Shown here: positions 56,934-64,000 of the stretch, one piece after another | How positions within the stretch are numbered: position 1 is the first letter of the stretch | How the letters are laid out: the number at the start of each line of letters is the position of its first letter | Source of the DNA: an uncultured Gammaproteobacteria bacterium | GTDB lineage: Bacteria > Patescibacteriota > Patescibacteriia > Magasanikbacterales > GWA2-37-8 | Assembly: GCA_964596525.1 (NCBI GenBank) | Contig: CAZQUL010000001.1 | Span: forward strand, 742,509 to 806,508 | Direction: 5' to 3' | Length of the DNA: 64,000 bases | Notes under the pieces: generated by a model | The model's database searches: none | What the model was told of the DNA's origin: nothing | What the model saw: only the letters and a program-made list of their open reading frames with translations | Program-made: the position numbers and the translations under genes

Positions 56934-57896
56934 CTACTTGACAACGATCAGTGTCTTGGTGAAGCGCGGGCCGAGCGTGGCGCTGTGTGACGAATCGATG
57001 CTCATCACTTCGACCGTCAGGCCGCAGTAGAATCCGCCGGTCTTGGCCGAGGCCGGAAAGCTAGCTGTCAGGATAATCTTCCCGGTGGTATGCTTGCGGA
57101 ACACGTAATTCACGTTCCTGAAAATGAGCGTGCCGCCCGTCATGTCGAGCGCCGAGGTGATGGGGATCCGGTTCGCATCGAGCAGCCGGACGTTCGTAAG
57201 CGTTTCGTAGTCCGGGCAGGTTACGATCGCGCCGTAGATCGAGGTATCCTCAGTGCCCGTGGTGTCGTACTCGCCGATTTCGACATCGTCCGTTCCGGCT
57301 AGGATCTGACCGTTGCGGGAATTCCTGTTCAGCTCGATGTTGAAGATCCCCTTCACGATGCGGTGCTCAGCATACTTTACCTCCTCCGTCCCTTCTGCAT
57401 ACCGGGTCGTGAGCAGCGCGCCGGTGTGGCCATCGATGACCGACCACTCGGGAGTGAAGCGGAACGAAGTGTTGGCGCCGCCGCCGACGGACGTGTAAAA
57501 GCGCGGCTCGAATGTTTCACCCTTCTTCAGATAGATCGGTCCGGCGTCGCACTTGTAATAGGTATACGACGTGTCGGGCTGGCAGGTAGCCATCTTGTCC
57601 TGGGCGTTCCACATGGCAATCGTGGGGCCGATAGCTTCCCAGCTCGTCGTGCCCTCGCGGATCAGGGCGAAGCGGGGGATGACCGACTCCTGCCGGGTGG
57701 CCGTAAAAACGATGCCGTATCCGACCGAGCGGTTGGTGACCCCCTCGGACGTCCATTCGAGTGTTGTAGACCGGTTGGTCACAATGAGCCCTGTGTTGGT
57801 ATCATCGTGTGCCGAGTCGCCGATGGGGACGCTGCCGCAGCCGATGAGAGTGGAGGTGCAGATACTGGCGAGAACAAGCGACAGGTAGCGCTTCAT
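56934..57896 (-). CDS. Secreted lipoprotein of unknown function
   Basis: An RBS (gggagga) precedes the ATG at 57896. MKRYLSLVLASICTSTLIGCGS is a signal peptide with a lipobox. Confidence 0.6.
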   Translation of the reverse strand: MKRYLSLVLASICTSTLIGCGSVPIGDSAHDDTNTGLIVTNRSTTLEWTSEGVTNRSVGYGIVFTATRQESVIPRFALIREGTTSWEAIGPTIAMWNAQDKMATCQPDTSYTYYKCDAGPIYLKKGETFEPRFYTSVGGGANTSFRFTPEWSVIDGHTGALLTTRYAEGTEEVKYAEHRIVKGIFNIELNRNSRNGQILAGTDDVEIGEYDTTGTEDTSIYGAIVTCPDYETLTNVRLLDANRIPITSALDMTGGTLIFRNVNYVFRKHTTGKIILTASFPASAKTGGFYCGLTVEVMSIDSSHSATLGPRFTKTLIVVK

Positions 57897-58113
57897 GACG
57901 TTCCTCCCTGGTGCCATGTTTAAAGAGCACCGGATGTTCTAAACGCTAGCAGATTTTGCCCTACATGTCAATATATAAGCGGAAAAGTCGCACTAGCGCC
58001 TGCCTTAAGCCGGCAGGTAGAAATTGTTATATACAAAAGAGGTTTTTTGGCTAAAAGAGAAGTTTTATTTGCCTTTTTCTGCCTGCCTCGCTACAATCCG
58101 GGTATTATTTCGT

Positions 58114-58956
58114 ATGACGGATGTAACCATTGTTTTGGTCAATTATTACGGCAAACAAGACATTAACCAAGCGCTCCGCTCGGTTTTTAAGGATATTGAG
58201 CATGGTGCTTACACCGTCCAGGTTGTTGTTGTCGACAATTCGACTAATGAAGACGGTATCGGCAAAATGCTCTACAACGAGTTTCCCCGCGTCGCGTATA
58301 TTAATCCGGGCAAAAATCTAGGATTTGGCAAAGGAACGACGCTTGGTTTTAAGAGTTTTCCGGCCCGTTACTATTTTGCTCTCAATCCCGATACGCTTTT
58401 GCCAGAAGGGTCAAACGTCATTGGGCGCATGGTGCGTTTCATGGATGAGCATCCTAAAATCGGTGCGATCGGCCCCAAGCTCGTGTATATGGATGGCACC
58501 GTGCAGCAGTCCTGCTTTCGGTTTGACATCGGCTCCATTCTCGTCAAACCGTTTCGCCAGCTGAATTGGCACAAAAAATCCCGCTATATTGGACGGCTCA
58601 CCGAGCGCCTGGCTATGGAAGATTTTTCGCATGATCGTACGCAGCCGGTTGACTGGATGCTGGGCGCTGCGCTTATGGTGCGCCAAGAGGTAGTAGATGC
58701 AGTGGGTTGGTTTGACGAGCGTTTTTTCATGTATCTCGAAGACTGCGATTGGTGTCGTAGCATGTGGGATGCTGGCTGGCCTGTCTATTACGTCCATGAC
58801 ATCGTAGTCAAACATCGCTATGAACGCGGTGCAGCCAAAGTACCGGGCGGCTTCCGCGCGCTTATCAAAAACCGTTTGGCCCGCATCCATCTTAAGAGTT
58901 GGTTGCAGTATTTGTGGAAATGGAAAGGGCGTTACCAATATTACGGAAAGATTTAA
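58114..58956 (+). CDS. Glycosyltransferase family 2
   Basis: VTIVLVNYYGKQD ... VVVDNSTNED ... NPDT. Confidence 0.75.
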   Translation: MTDVTIVLVNYYGKQDINQALRSVFKDIEHGAYTVQVVVVDNSTNEDGIGKMLYNEFPRVAYINPGKNLGFGKGTTLGFKSFPARYYFALNPDTLLPEGSNVIGRMVRFMDEHPKIGAIGPKLVYMDGTVQQSCFRFDIGSILVKPFRQLNWHKKSRYIGRLTERLAMEDFSHDRTQPVDWMLGAALMVRQEVVDAVGWFDERFFMYLEDCDWCRSMWDAGWPVYYVHDIVVKHRYERGAAKVPGGFRALIKNRLARIHLKSWLQYLWKWKGRYQYYGKI

Positions 58957-58969
58957 AACTCTGCTTTTT

Positions 58970-60052
58970 GTGCCGTCCCTTGCCGTCATATATCTTTCGT
59001 ACTACTCCGAACCGCACTTCGCGCGGTTTGTTGAGGCCCTTAAAAAAACCACCTATCCGCATGCCAAGCTGCTCGTCATCGTCGTTGACAATCTGCACCC
59101 AGCACACGGTTCGTCGGCGCCGTTCATGCAGGCGTATCTGAACCGCGAGAAAGAAGCGGGCGCTCTGCTGCCGGAAATCGTCATTTTACCGCAGGATACG
59201 AACCGCGGTTTTTCGGGTGGCGTCAATATCGGCATCCGCCGTGCGCTCGAGTGCGGTGCGGAGTATGTGTTCTTGCATAATCAGGATGGTTTTCTAGCCC
59301 CTGACGCGCTGGAAACGTTAGTCGTATCGTTCAAAGCCGACGAGCGTATCGGTGCGGTGCAGGCTCTTATGAAGTATCCCGAAACGGACCGGGTTAATTG
59401 CGCAGGCGGGGTTTTTCATTTTTTGGGATTTGGTTACGCGCATCATATCCTGCCGGCAGCTTCTGGCCTGTTATCTCTATCAATCGGCTACGCGAGTGGG
59501 GGAGCGGTGCTCCTTCGCGCTGATGTGCTCCGCCACTACGGTCTGTGGGACGAAGATTATTTTTTATATCACGAAGATCTCGAATATTCACTGCGCCTTA
59601 AAACACTCGGGTACCGTACCGTGCTAGCACCTCACGCAGTTTTTTATCATCAGTACGAATTTTCGCGCAATAAAAATAAATGGTTTTTCATGGAACGTAA
59701 CCGCTGGGGACTTCTTTTGACCTATTACAAAGTACCAACGCTTCTTATCCTTGCCCCAAGTTTGATTGTGGCCGAAATCGGGGTTTGGATTCTAGCTATT
59801 ATTCAAGGGTGGAGCCGTGAGAAATTCCGCGCGACGGCGTATTGGTTTTCGTTTAATCATCTTCGGTTGTGGCTTCGCAAACGCCGTATCGTGCAACAAC
59901 AACGCAGGGTGGGGGACCGCGAACTTCTATTATCTGCGGTGAGTGAAATTTCGCTTGAGAATACCGCCTCTCGTTCTTCTTTTTTTGCGCAACTTGCGAA
60001 CCCGATTTTGAAAGGCATTTTCTGGATGGTTAGAATGCTGGTGCGGTGGTAG
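58970..60052 (+). CDS. Glycosyltransferase family 2 with a C-terminal TM region
   Basis: AVIYLSYYSEP ... VVDNLHP ... HNQDGF, followed by C-terminal hydrophobic helices. The start is uncertain. A GTG at 58970 is proposed because the ATG at 58820 would overlap the upstream gene by 137 bp. Confidence 0.65.
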   Translation: MPSLAVIYLSYYSEPHFARFVEALKKTTYPHAKLLVIVVDNLHPAHGSSAPFMQAYLNREKEAGALLPEIVILPQDTNRGFSGGVNIGIRRALECGAEYVFLHNQDGFLAPDALETLVVSFKADERIGAVQALMKYPETDRVNCAGGVFHFLGFGYAHHILPAASGLLSLSIGYASGGAVLLRADVLRHYGLWDEDYFLYHEDLEYSLRLKTLGYRTVLAPHAVFYHQYEFSRNKNKWFFMERNRWGLLLTYYKVPTLLILAPSLIVAEIGVWILAIIQGWSREKFRATAYWFSFNHLRLWLRKRRIVQQQRRVGDRELLLSAVSEISLENTASRSSFFAQLANPILKGIFWMVRMLVRW

Positions 60053-60063
60053 TGGTATTGTAT

Positions 60064-60176
60064 TACGTCATTGCGAGGAAGGAGTTAGACGACTGACGAA
60101 GCAATCCCCTTGATACAAGAGTGCGCTCTAAAGCACGAAGGGGTTGCTTCGTCGCTACGCTCTTCGCAATGACGCT
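60064..60176. repeat. Imperfect palindromic intergenic element, copy 4
   Basis: cgtcattgcgag ... gacgaagcaatcccctt ... aaggggttgcttcgtcgctacgctcttcgcaatgacg. Confidence 0.7.
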
Positions 60177-60297
60177 GCTAAAAGTGCTTCTTGCTAATAG
60201 ATCTTGACCACGATAAGCTTTTCTGCTACATTCAAATGTTCTTTGCGCATGTGCGCGGAGAAGCTAAAACGCGCTTTGACAATCAGAAGGAGAAGCC

Positions 60298-61458
60298 ATG
60301 TCGTCGCTTCTAAACGCCGAACAGATTCGGTCGCTCTTGTCTACCGACATTACCCTTGTTGCCGACCACATTGCCCTTTCTACACAAGCTTCGAGCCCGA
60401 TTCTGCGCCTGGGCTCGATTGAAATCAAGGCTCGGTTGCGCTGGGACGGACCATTTACGGTGGCCTCAGACGGCAATGGCATCGTTGCTGATTGGTCTGA
60501 GGTGCTCGATTTCAGCGATCTTACGATCTGGATTCAGCGTGGCTTCATCAATGTTGCCAAGTCGGTTTTTAGCCGGCAGCAACTCGACCGGATTCTCGCC
60601 GGGCTGGAAGCCTTTGAGTACCCGAAGGCTCCGGCGGACGATGCCCGGGAGTACGAGAAGCAGCGGGCTTACGATCAGTGGTCTGAAGAAAACACCAGTT
60701 TTCACAACCTGCTCTCAGTACTCTCTACCGTCGGTGCTACAGACCAGGATTTCGTGCGGGTTTGGCGCAAGGTGCGGAGGATAAAACTCTCGACCTACTC
60801 AGATAATTCGCGCTGGCCGTATTATAGCCGGCTCTCGGAGGCGCACTGCATTCCGCAGGGCTCCGTTCGTTCGTTTACGACGGCACTCCTCACGTCGTGT
60901 CCGCCCTACAGCCTGCATCTCGAGAATAACGAGCTCAATCCGCTCGTTCGCGCCGAGATCATCCGTCGGCGGTTTAAGAGTGTGAAGCGTGCAACCGTTA
61001 AGGACATGCCGCTGTGGGGAAAGCTCACGATCGGCTCCATCCAGCTCGAGAAGCGGAAGCGAGTCTGTTACAATGGCGAGCGACTGGCTCGTTACACGTT
61101 CGCGTTGAAGCATCAGGCTGGAGAGATTCCCGACCAGTTTCCCTCCGATGCGCTCGTGATTCCCGATACGGCTACTGGTCGTATTCCGCCGCTTGCACTC
61201 GAGCTCTATCTCTTGCCTAATGGGCAGAAAATCGGAGCCCTTTATTTCCTTGTTGACCAGGACACCAACGACGAGGAAATCGATTTTATGTATGTGGTGC
61301 CAGCCAAGGATATCGATCGCCTCTTTGACGACGAGTTCGTTCGGTCGCGCGCGGCTGAGCAGCTTGAAGAGTTGAAGATCGATCTTGAGTGCGCCCGTCG
61401 GGCGGTGAAGATGCATAAGAAACGCATTGGCTACGTCAAGAACTACCTGGCGCGCTAG
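60298..61458 (+). CDS. Hypothetical protein (386 aa, no recognisable domain)
   Basis: An RBS (gaaggagaagcc) is present. The sense-strand composition is protein-like. The long antisense ORF 60799..61869 is judged spurious. Confidence 0.55.
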   Translation: MSSLLNAEQIRSLLSTDITLVADHIALSTQASSPILRLGSIEIKARLRWDGPFTVASDGNGIVADWSEVLDFSDLTIWIQRGFINVAKSVFSRQQLDRILAGLEAFEYPKAPADDAREYEKQRAYDQWSEENTSFHNLLSVLSTVGATDQDFVRVWRKVRRIKLSTYSDNSRWPYYSRLSEAHCIPQGSVRSFTTALLTSCPPYSLHLENNELNPLVRAEIIRRRFKSVKRATVKDMPLWGKLTIGSIQLEKRKRVCYNGERLARYTFALKHQAGEIPDQFPSDALVIPDTATGRIPPLALELYLLPNGQKIGALYFLVDQDTNDEEIDFMYVVPAKDIDRLFDDEFVRSRAAEQLEELKIDLECARRAVKMHKKRIGYVKNYLAR

Positions 61459-61530
61459 ATCGCGAAACCAACGGAGGTCCCATGAAGAACCTGCTGTACG
61501 GACGAACAATTCCCTTAGGGAGGTTCGTCC

Positions 61531-61791
61531 ATGTCCACCTGCGCTCGTTCTCGCTTCCGTCCCGCTAACTCTACGCTTAGCCTCGATGAGATCGAAGAGC
61601 ACTTCTTCCTCGTGGAGTGCCGTTCTGACCTCGGTTCCATCGAACACATTCGCGGCTACATGCGCGACTGGTGGCCGGGTGTCAACAACAATTCCCGCCA
61701 CGTCGAACCGCGGTACAAAGACGTGCGCCGGGGCAGGGCGCGGTCCTTCGTGACCCGCACGCACCGCATCCGCCACGCTCGCGGCTCCTAG
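61531..61791 (+). CDS. Small basic hypothetical protein (86 aa)
   Basis: An RBS (gggagg) is embedded in a hairpin loop. A terminator follows at 61795-61820. Confidence 0.4.
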   Translation: MSTCARSRFRPANSTLSLDEIEEHFFLVECRSDLGSIEHIRGYMRDWWPGVNNNSRHVEPRYKDVRRGRARSFVTRTHRIRHARGS

Positions 61792-61794
61792 TTC

Positions 61795-61820
61795 AGCGCA
61801 CCTTCGGGTGCGCTTTTCTA
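61795..61820 (+). terminator. Rho-independent terminator (gcgcacc ttcg ggtgcgc plus T-tract)
   Basis: The hairpin has a perfect 7-bp stem and a UUCG loop. Confidence 0.65.
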
Positions 61821-62001
61821 ATTCAAGTTCGGAGAAATCAAAAAACCCAGACGCCGACGATGCTTCCAAAAGATTTAGAAGTATCGTCGGCTGACGTCTG
61901 GGTCTTTGACGCGGACGGGCCGATCACGGGAATCTACGAGTGTGAGTGTTGGGTGGGATCAGCCGCGCGCGGCGCGGGCGAGGGGTTGGCGGCGGTCGCT
62001 C

Positions 62002-62478
62002 TTAGCGGGAGAAGAAGTTGTGCATCTCCGGTCCGTACTTGCGGTTGAGGTAGGTGCGGGTTGACGCGCCTGACTTCACGCCGCGGACGCGCTCGATCTC
62101 CTTGTCGCTCATCTGGACGGTCTTGATCGCGGTGGCCAGGTCGTACTTGGTGTAGACCCGGAACTCGATGCCACGCTTGTGGCCGACTTCACGGACCTTG
62201 GCGTTGACCATGTGCAGGCTCTTGCCGGTCTGCTGTGCCAGCTTCTCAGCCTGCTCCCGACTTAGGATTGGGTTGGGATCACGCGCGAGCACGACCTTGC
62301 GGACGAACTCGTTGATCACGTCCATCTGGCGCTGGTCCCAGCCACGCTGCTTCGAGCGGGGCGGTTCGGCGAACGGCAGGATCAGTCCGTCGTTCTTGGC
62401 GTACAGCTTGGTGTAGAGGTTCTCCTTGTTGGCTGTGCCGTTGGTGCCTAGGTCGGTATTTGAAACTACGAATCGCAT
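62002..62478 (-). CDS. Hypothetical protein with a putative helix-turn-helix segment
   Basis: The start is at MRFVV. It contains an HTH-like stretch (SREQAEKLAQQTGKSLHMVNAKV). Confidence 0.45.
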   Translation of the reverse strand: MRFVVSNTDLGTNGTANKENLYTKLYAKNDGLILPFAEPPRSKQRGWDQRQMDVINEFVRKVVLARDPNPILSREQAEKLAQQTGKSLHMVNAKVREVGHKRGIEFRVYTKYDLATAIKTVQMSDKEIERVRGVKSGASTRTYLNRKYGPEMHNFFSR

Positions 62479-62688
62479 CGTTGCCTCACAACTCCGCCTT
62501 ACGGGGGCGGATTTCAATGATCGGCAGTAGGATGAGGCTCTCATCCCACAACCGAGCACGGAACAAACTAGGATACCACATTTTACCGCTCTTGTCAAGA
62601 GTAGATAAGTGTTTGTGCTTATCTTGTCCACCGCCCGCTTTTTTGCTACACTAGCCTCATCTTTTTCTTCTTTTAATATAGGTAATGT

Positions 62689-63789
62689 ATGTTTTTACAA
62701 CGTGCTCAGTGGGGGGTCGTAGCACTGCTTGGAATGCTCATCACGCTTGGTGCCTCATGTTTGCCGGGGTTTGGAGGTAGTTCGTCGGCAGCACTTGGCC
62801 CGACCGGTATGTTCCGTTCCGATGATCGCGGTGAGCGTTGGAAGGAAATCAACACCCTCCCGACCGCCCAAGGCAACCAGAGCCTTAACCGCCTTAAGGT
62901 TTACCGCATATTTTCGGATCCGGGCGACCCGAACGCTCTCTACGTCGCCACCCGCGGCCAGGGCCTCTACTACACCTATGACCAGGGTGAAACCTGGCGT
63001 ACGGCTCCGGATTTGGCCAATCGCTTCATTTACAGTGTGGCTGTAGACTACAAAGACAAATGTACCATCTACGTTACCGACGGTACCGGCATCTTTAAAA
63101 CCACGGATTGTACCCGCACCTGGAAAGCCGTGTATGCTCACCAGACCCCAGCCGACCGCCTCGTTTCGGTGGCTATCGACTACGGCAATCCGCAGCTTCT
63201 CTACGCTGCTACGCAGAACGGCACGGTGCTCGTCAGTTCCGATGCCGGCGGCAGCTGGAAAACCGTCAAACGCCTGCCCTTTATCGTCGAATCGCTCGTG
63301 AGCGACCCGCTCACCCCGCGCCGCATTTATGTAGCTGGCCGCGAAGACGGCTTGGTCCGCTCCGACGATGCTGGTATCACCTGGAAGGACCTGCGCGAAA
63401 CCATGACCAAATACGCCGAAGCCAAGACGTTCTATCGTATCTTTGTCCACCCGAGCAAAAAAGACAGCTTGTTCTGGGTCTCTAAATATGGCATCCTGCG
63501 CTCCGATGACGCGGGCGTGACCTGGAAAGAAATCCCACTGATTTCGGCGCCAGGCTCGGTATCTATCTACGCTTTCGGCATCAACCCAGCCAACGACAGC
63601 GAACTCTACTACACTTCTACCATCCTCGGTGAAGACGGTGCGCCGTTGCGCTCCACCTTCTACCGCTCCTTGGATGGCGGTAAGAACTGGGTAACCAAAA
63701 AATTGCCCACCAACACCATTCCCGTAGCCTTGCATGTGCATACGGCCGGCAATGGCACCATCACTCTCGGTTTCACGGTTACCGACTAA
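62689..63789 (+). CDS. Secreted/lipoprotein BNR (Asp-box) repeat beta-propeller protein
   Basis: A signal peptide with a possible lipobox (LGASC) is present. Seven SxDxGxTW-type repeats follow (SDDRGERW, YDQGETW, TDCTRTW, SSDAGGSW, SDDAGITW, SDDAGVTW, SLDGGKNW). Confidence 0.75.
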   Translation: MFLQRAQWGVVALLGMLITLGASCLPGFGGSSSAALGPTGMFRSDDRGERWKEINTLPTAQGNQSLNRLKVYRIFSDPGDPNALYVATRGQGLYYTYDQGETWRTAPDLANRFIYSVAVDYKDKCTIYVTDGTGIFKTTDCTRTWKAVYAHQTPADRLVSVAIDYGNPQLLYAATQNGTVLVSSDAGGSWKTVKRLPFIVESLVSDPLTPRRIYVAGREDGLVRSDDAGITWKDLRETMTKYAEAKTFYRIFVHPSKKDSLFWVSKYGILRSDDAGVTWKEIPLISAPGSVSIYAFGINPANDSELYYTSTILGEDGAPLRSTFYRSLDGGKNWVTKKLPTNTIPVALHVHTAGNGTITLGFTVTD

Positions 63790-63818
63790 TCAACTCATCA
63801 ACGTTAAACGTACTGGTT

Positions 63819-64000
63819 ATGACTATCCATGAACACAAGCAAGATTTTGCTGCCGTTATCGAATTCCTCAAGACCGATATTGCTGGTTTGCGTACCGGCC
63901 GCGCTTCGGCCGCCATGCTCGAAACCATTACTGTCGAAGCCTACGGCAGCCGGCAGCCAGTGAAAGCTGTCGCCTCTATCGTTATTTCGGACCCCAAAAC
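63819..64000 (+). CDS. frr: Ribosome recycling factor, 3' partial
   Basis: MTIHEHKQDFAAVIEFLKTDIAGLRTGRASAAMLETITVEAYGS matches the RRF N-terminus. The ORF runs off the window end. Confidence 0.75.
   Translation, partial: MTIHEHKQDFAAVIEFLKTDIAGLRTGRASAAMLETITVEAYGSRQPVKAVASIVISDPK

Noticed and set aside
58820-58969. ATG start at 58820 for the fourth GT2
   Set aside because: It would create a 137-bp out-of-frame overlap with the preceding GT2. The conserved GT-A N-terminal strand begins only after the upstream stop. I kept it as a finding because the alternative start (GTG at 58970) lacks an RBS.
61483-61569. 28-aa mini-ORF (MKNLLYGRTIPLGRFVHVHLRSFSLPSR) in the leader of the 86-aa gene
   Set aside because: It overlaps the hairpin and RBS region and the downstream start in another frame. 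It is probably not translated as an independent gene, though a leader-peptide role cannot be excluded.
60799-61869. 356-aa minus-strand ORF overlapping the 386-aa and 86-aa plus-strand genes
   Set aside because: Its composition is dominated by R/A/G/V runs with no RBS. The plus-strand ORFs have RBSs and protein-like composition, so this is an antisense shadow ORF.
62755-63741. 328-aa minus-strand ORF antisense to the BNR-repeat gene
   Set aside because: The sense strand encodes seven clean Asp-box repeats. The antisense translation is low-complexity.
1-64000. CRISPR arrays, tRNA or rRNA genes, intact transposases or integrases
   Set aside because: I found no direct-repeat and spacer periodicity, no cloverleaf-compatible tRNA sequences in intergenic regions, and no transposase or integrase-like ORFs. 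The palindromic elements are non-coding.

Overview
This 64 kb high-GC (~55-60%) bacterial window is dense with cell-envelope glycan biosynthesis genes and has no rRNA, tRNA or CRISPR features that I could recognise. It divides into three parts.

Positions 1-23,961 hold a large polysaccharide/glycoconjugate locus. It encodes several NAD-dependent sugar epimerase/dehydratase (SDR) enzymes, five GT4 glycosyltransferases (one a tandem double-GT4 fusion) and one GT2. It also encodes an ATP-grasp ligase, a PIG-L/LmbE deacetylase, an acyltransferase-3, an AsnB-type amidotransferase, a SAM methyltransferase, a FemAB/GNAT-like protein and a CE4 deacetylase. A Wzx-type flippase, two tandem nucleotide-sugar dehydrogenases and a DMT transporter complete the set.

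Positions 24,252-48,056 are a housekeeping stretch. They carry rpmA, an IscS-like cysteine desulfurase next to mnmA, a short alaS, proS, a glutaredoxin, a HIT hydrolase, an SNase-like nuclease, a cyclophilin and ftsW/rodA. Interleaved are an orphan 7TM histidine kinase, two paralogous PolB-exo-like DEDD exonucleases, an acidic 516-aa protein, and a soluble TraG/VirD4-like P-loop ATPase with a long RGG/Pro-rich tail.

Positions 48,109-60,052 form a second glycosylation locus. It has rfbB, an RmlD-like SDR, a phosphoglucose/phosphomannose isomerase (PGI/PMI), four GT2 enzymes and several lipoproteins. An AT-rich RhuM-Fic/Doc gene sits between rfbB and the RmlD-like gene. Two paralogous small secreted proteins share duplicated promoters. 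A ~520-bp ORF-free, hairpin-rich region may be a structured RNA.

Four copies of an ~100-140 bp imperfect palindromic element recur in intergenic regions. The last copy precedes a three-gene block of unknown function, followed by a 7-blade BNR lipoprotein and the start of frr.

All functional calls rest on my reading of the translated ORFs, without database searches.
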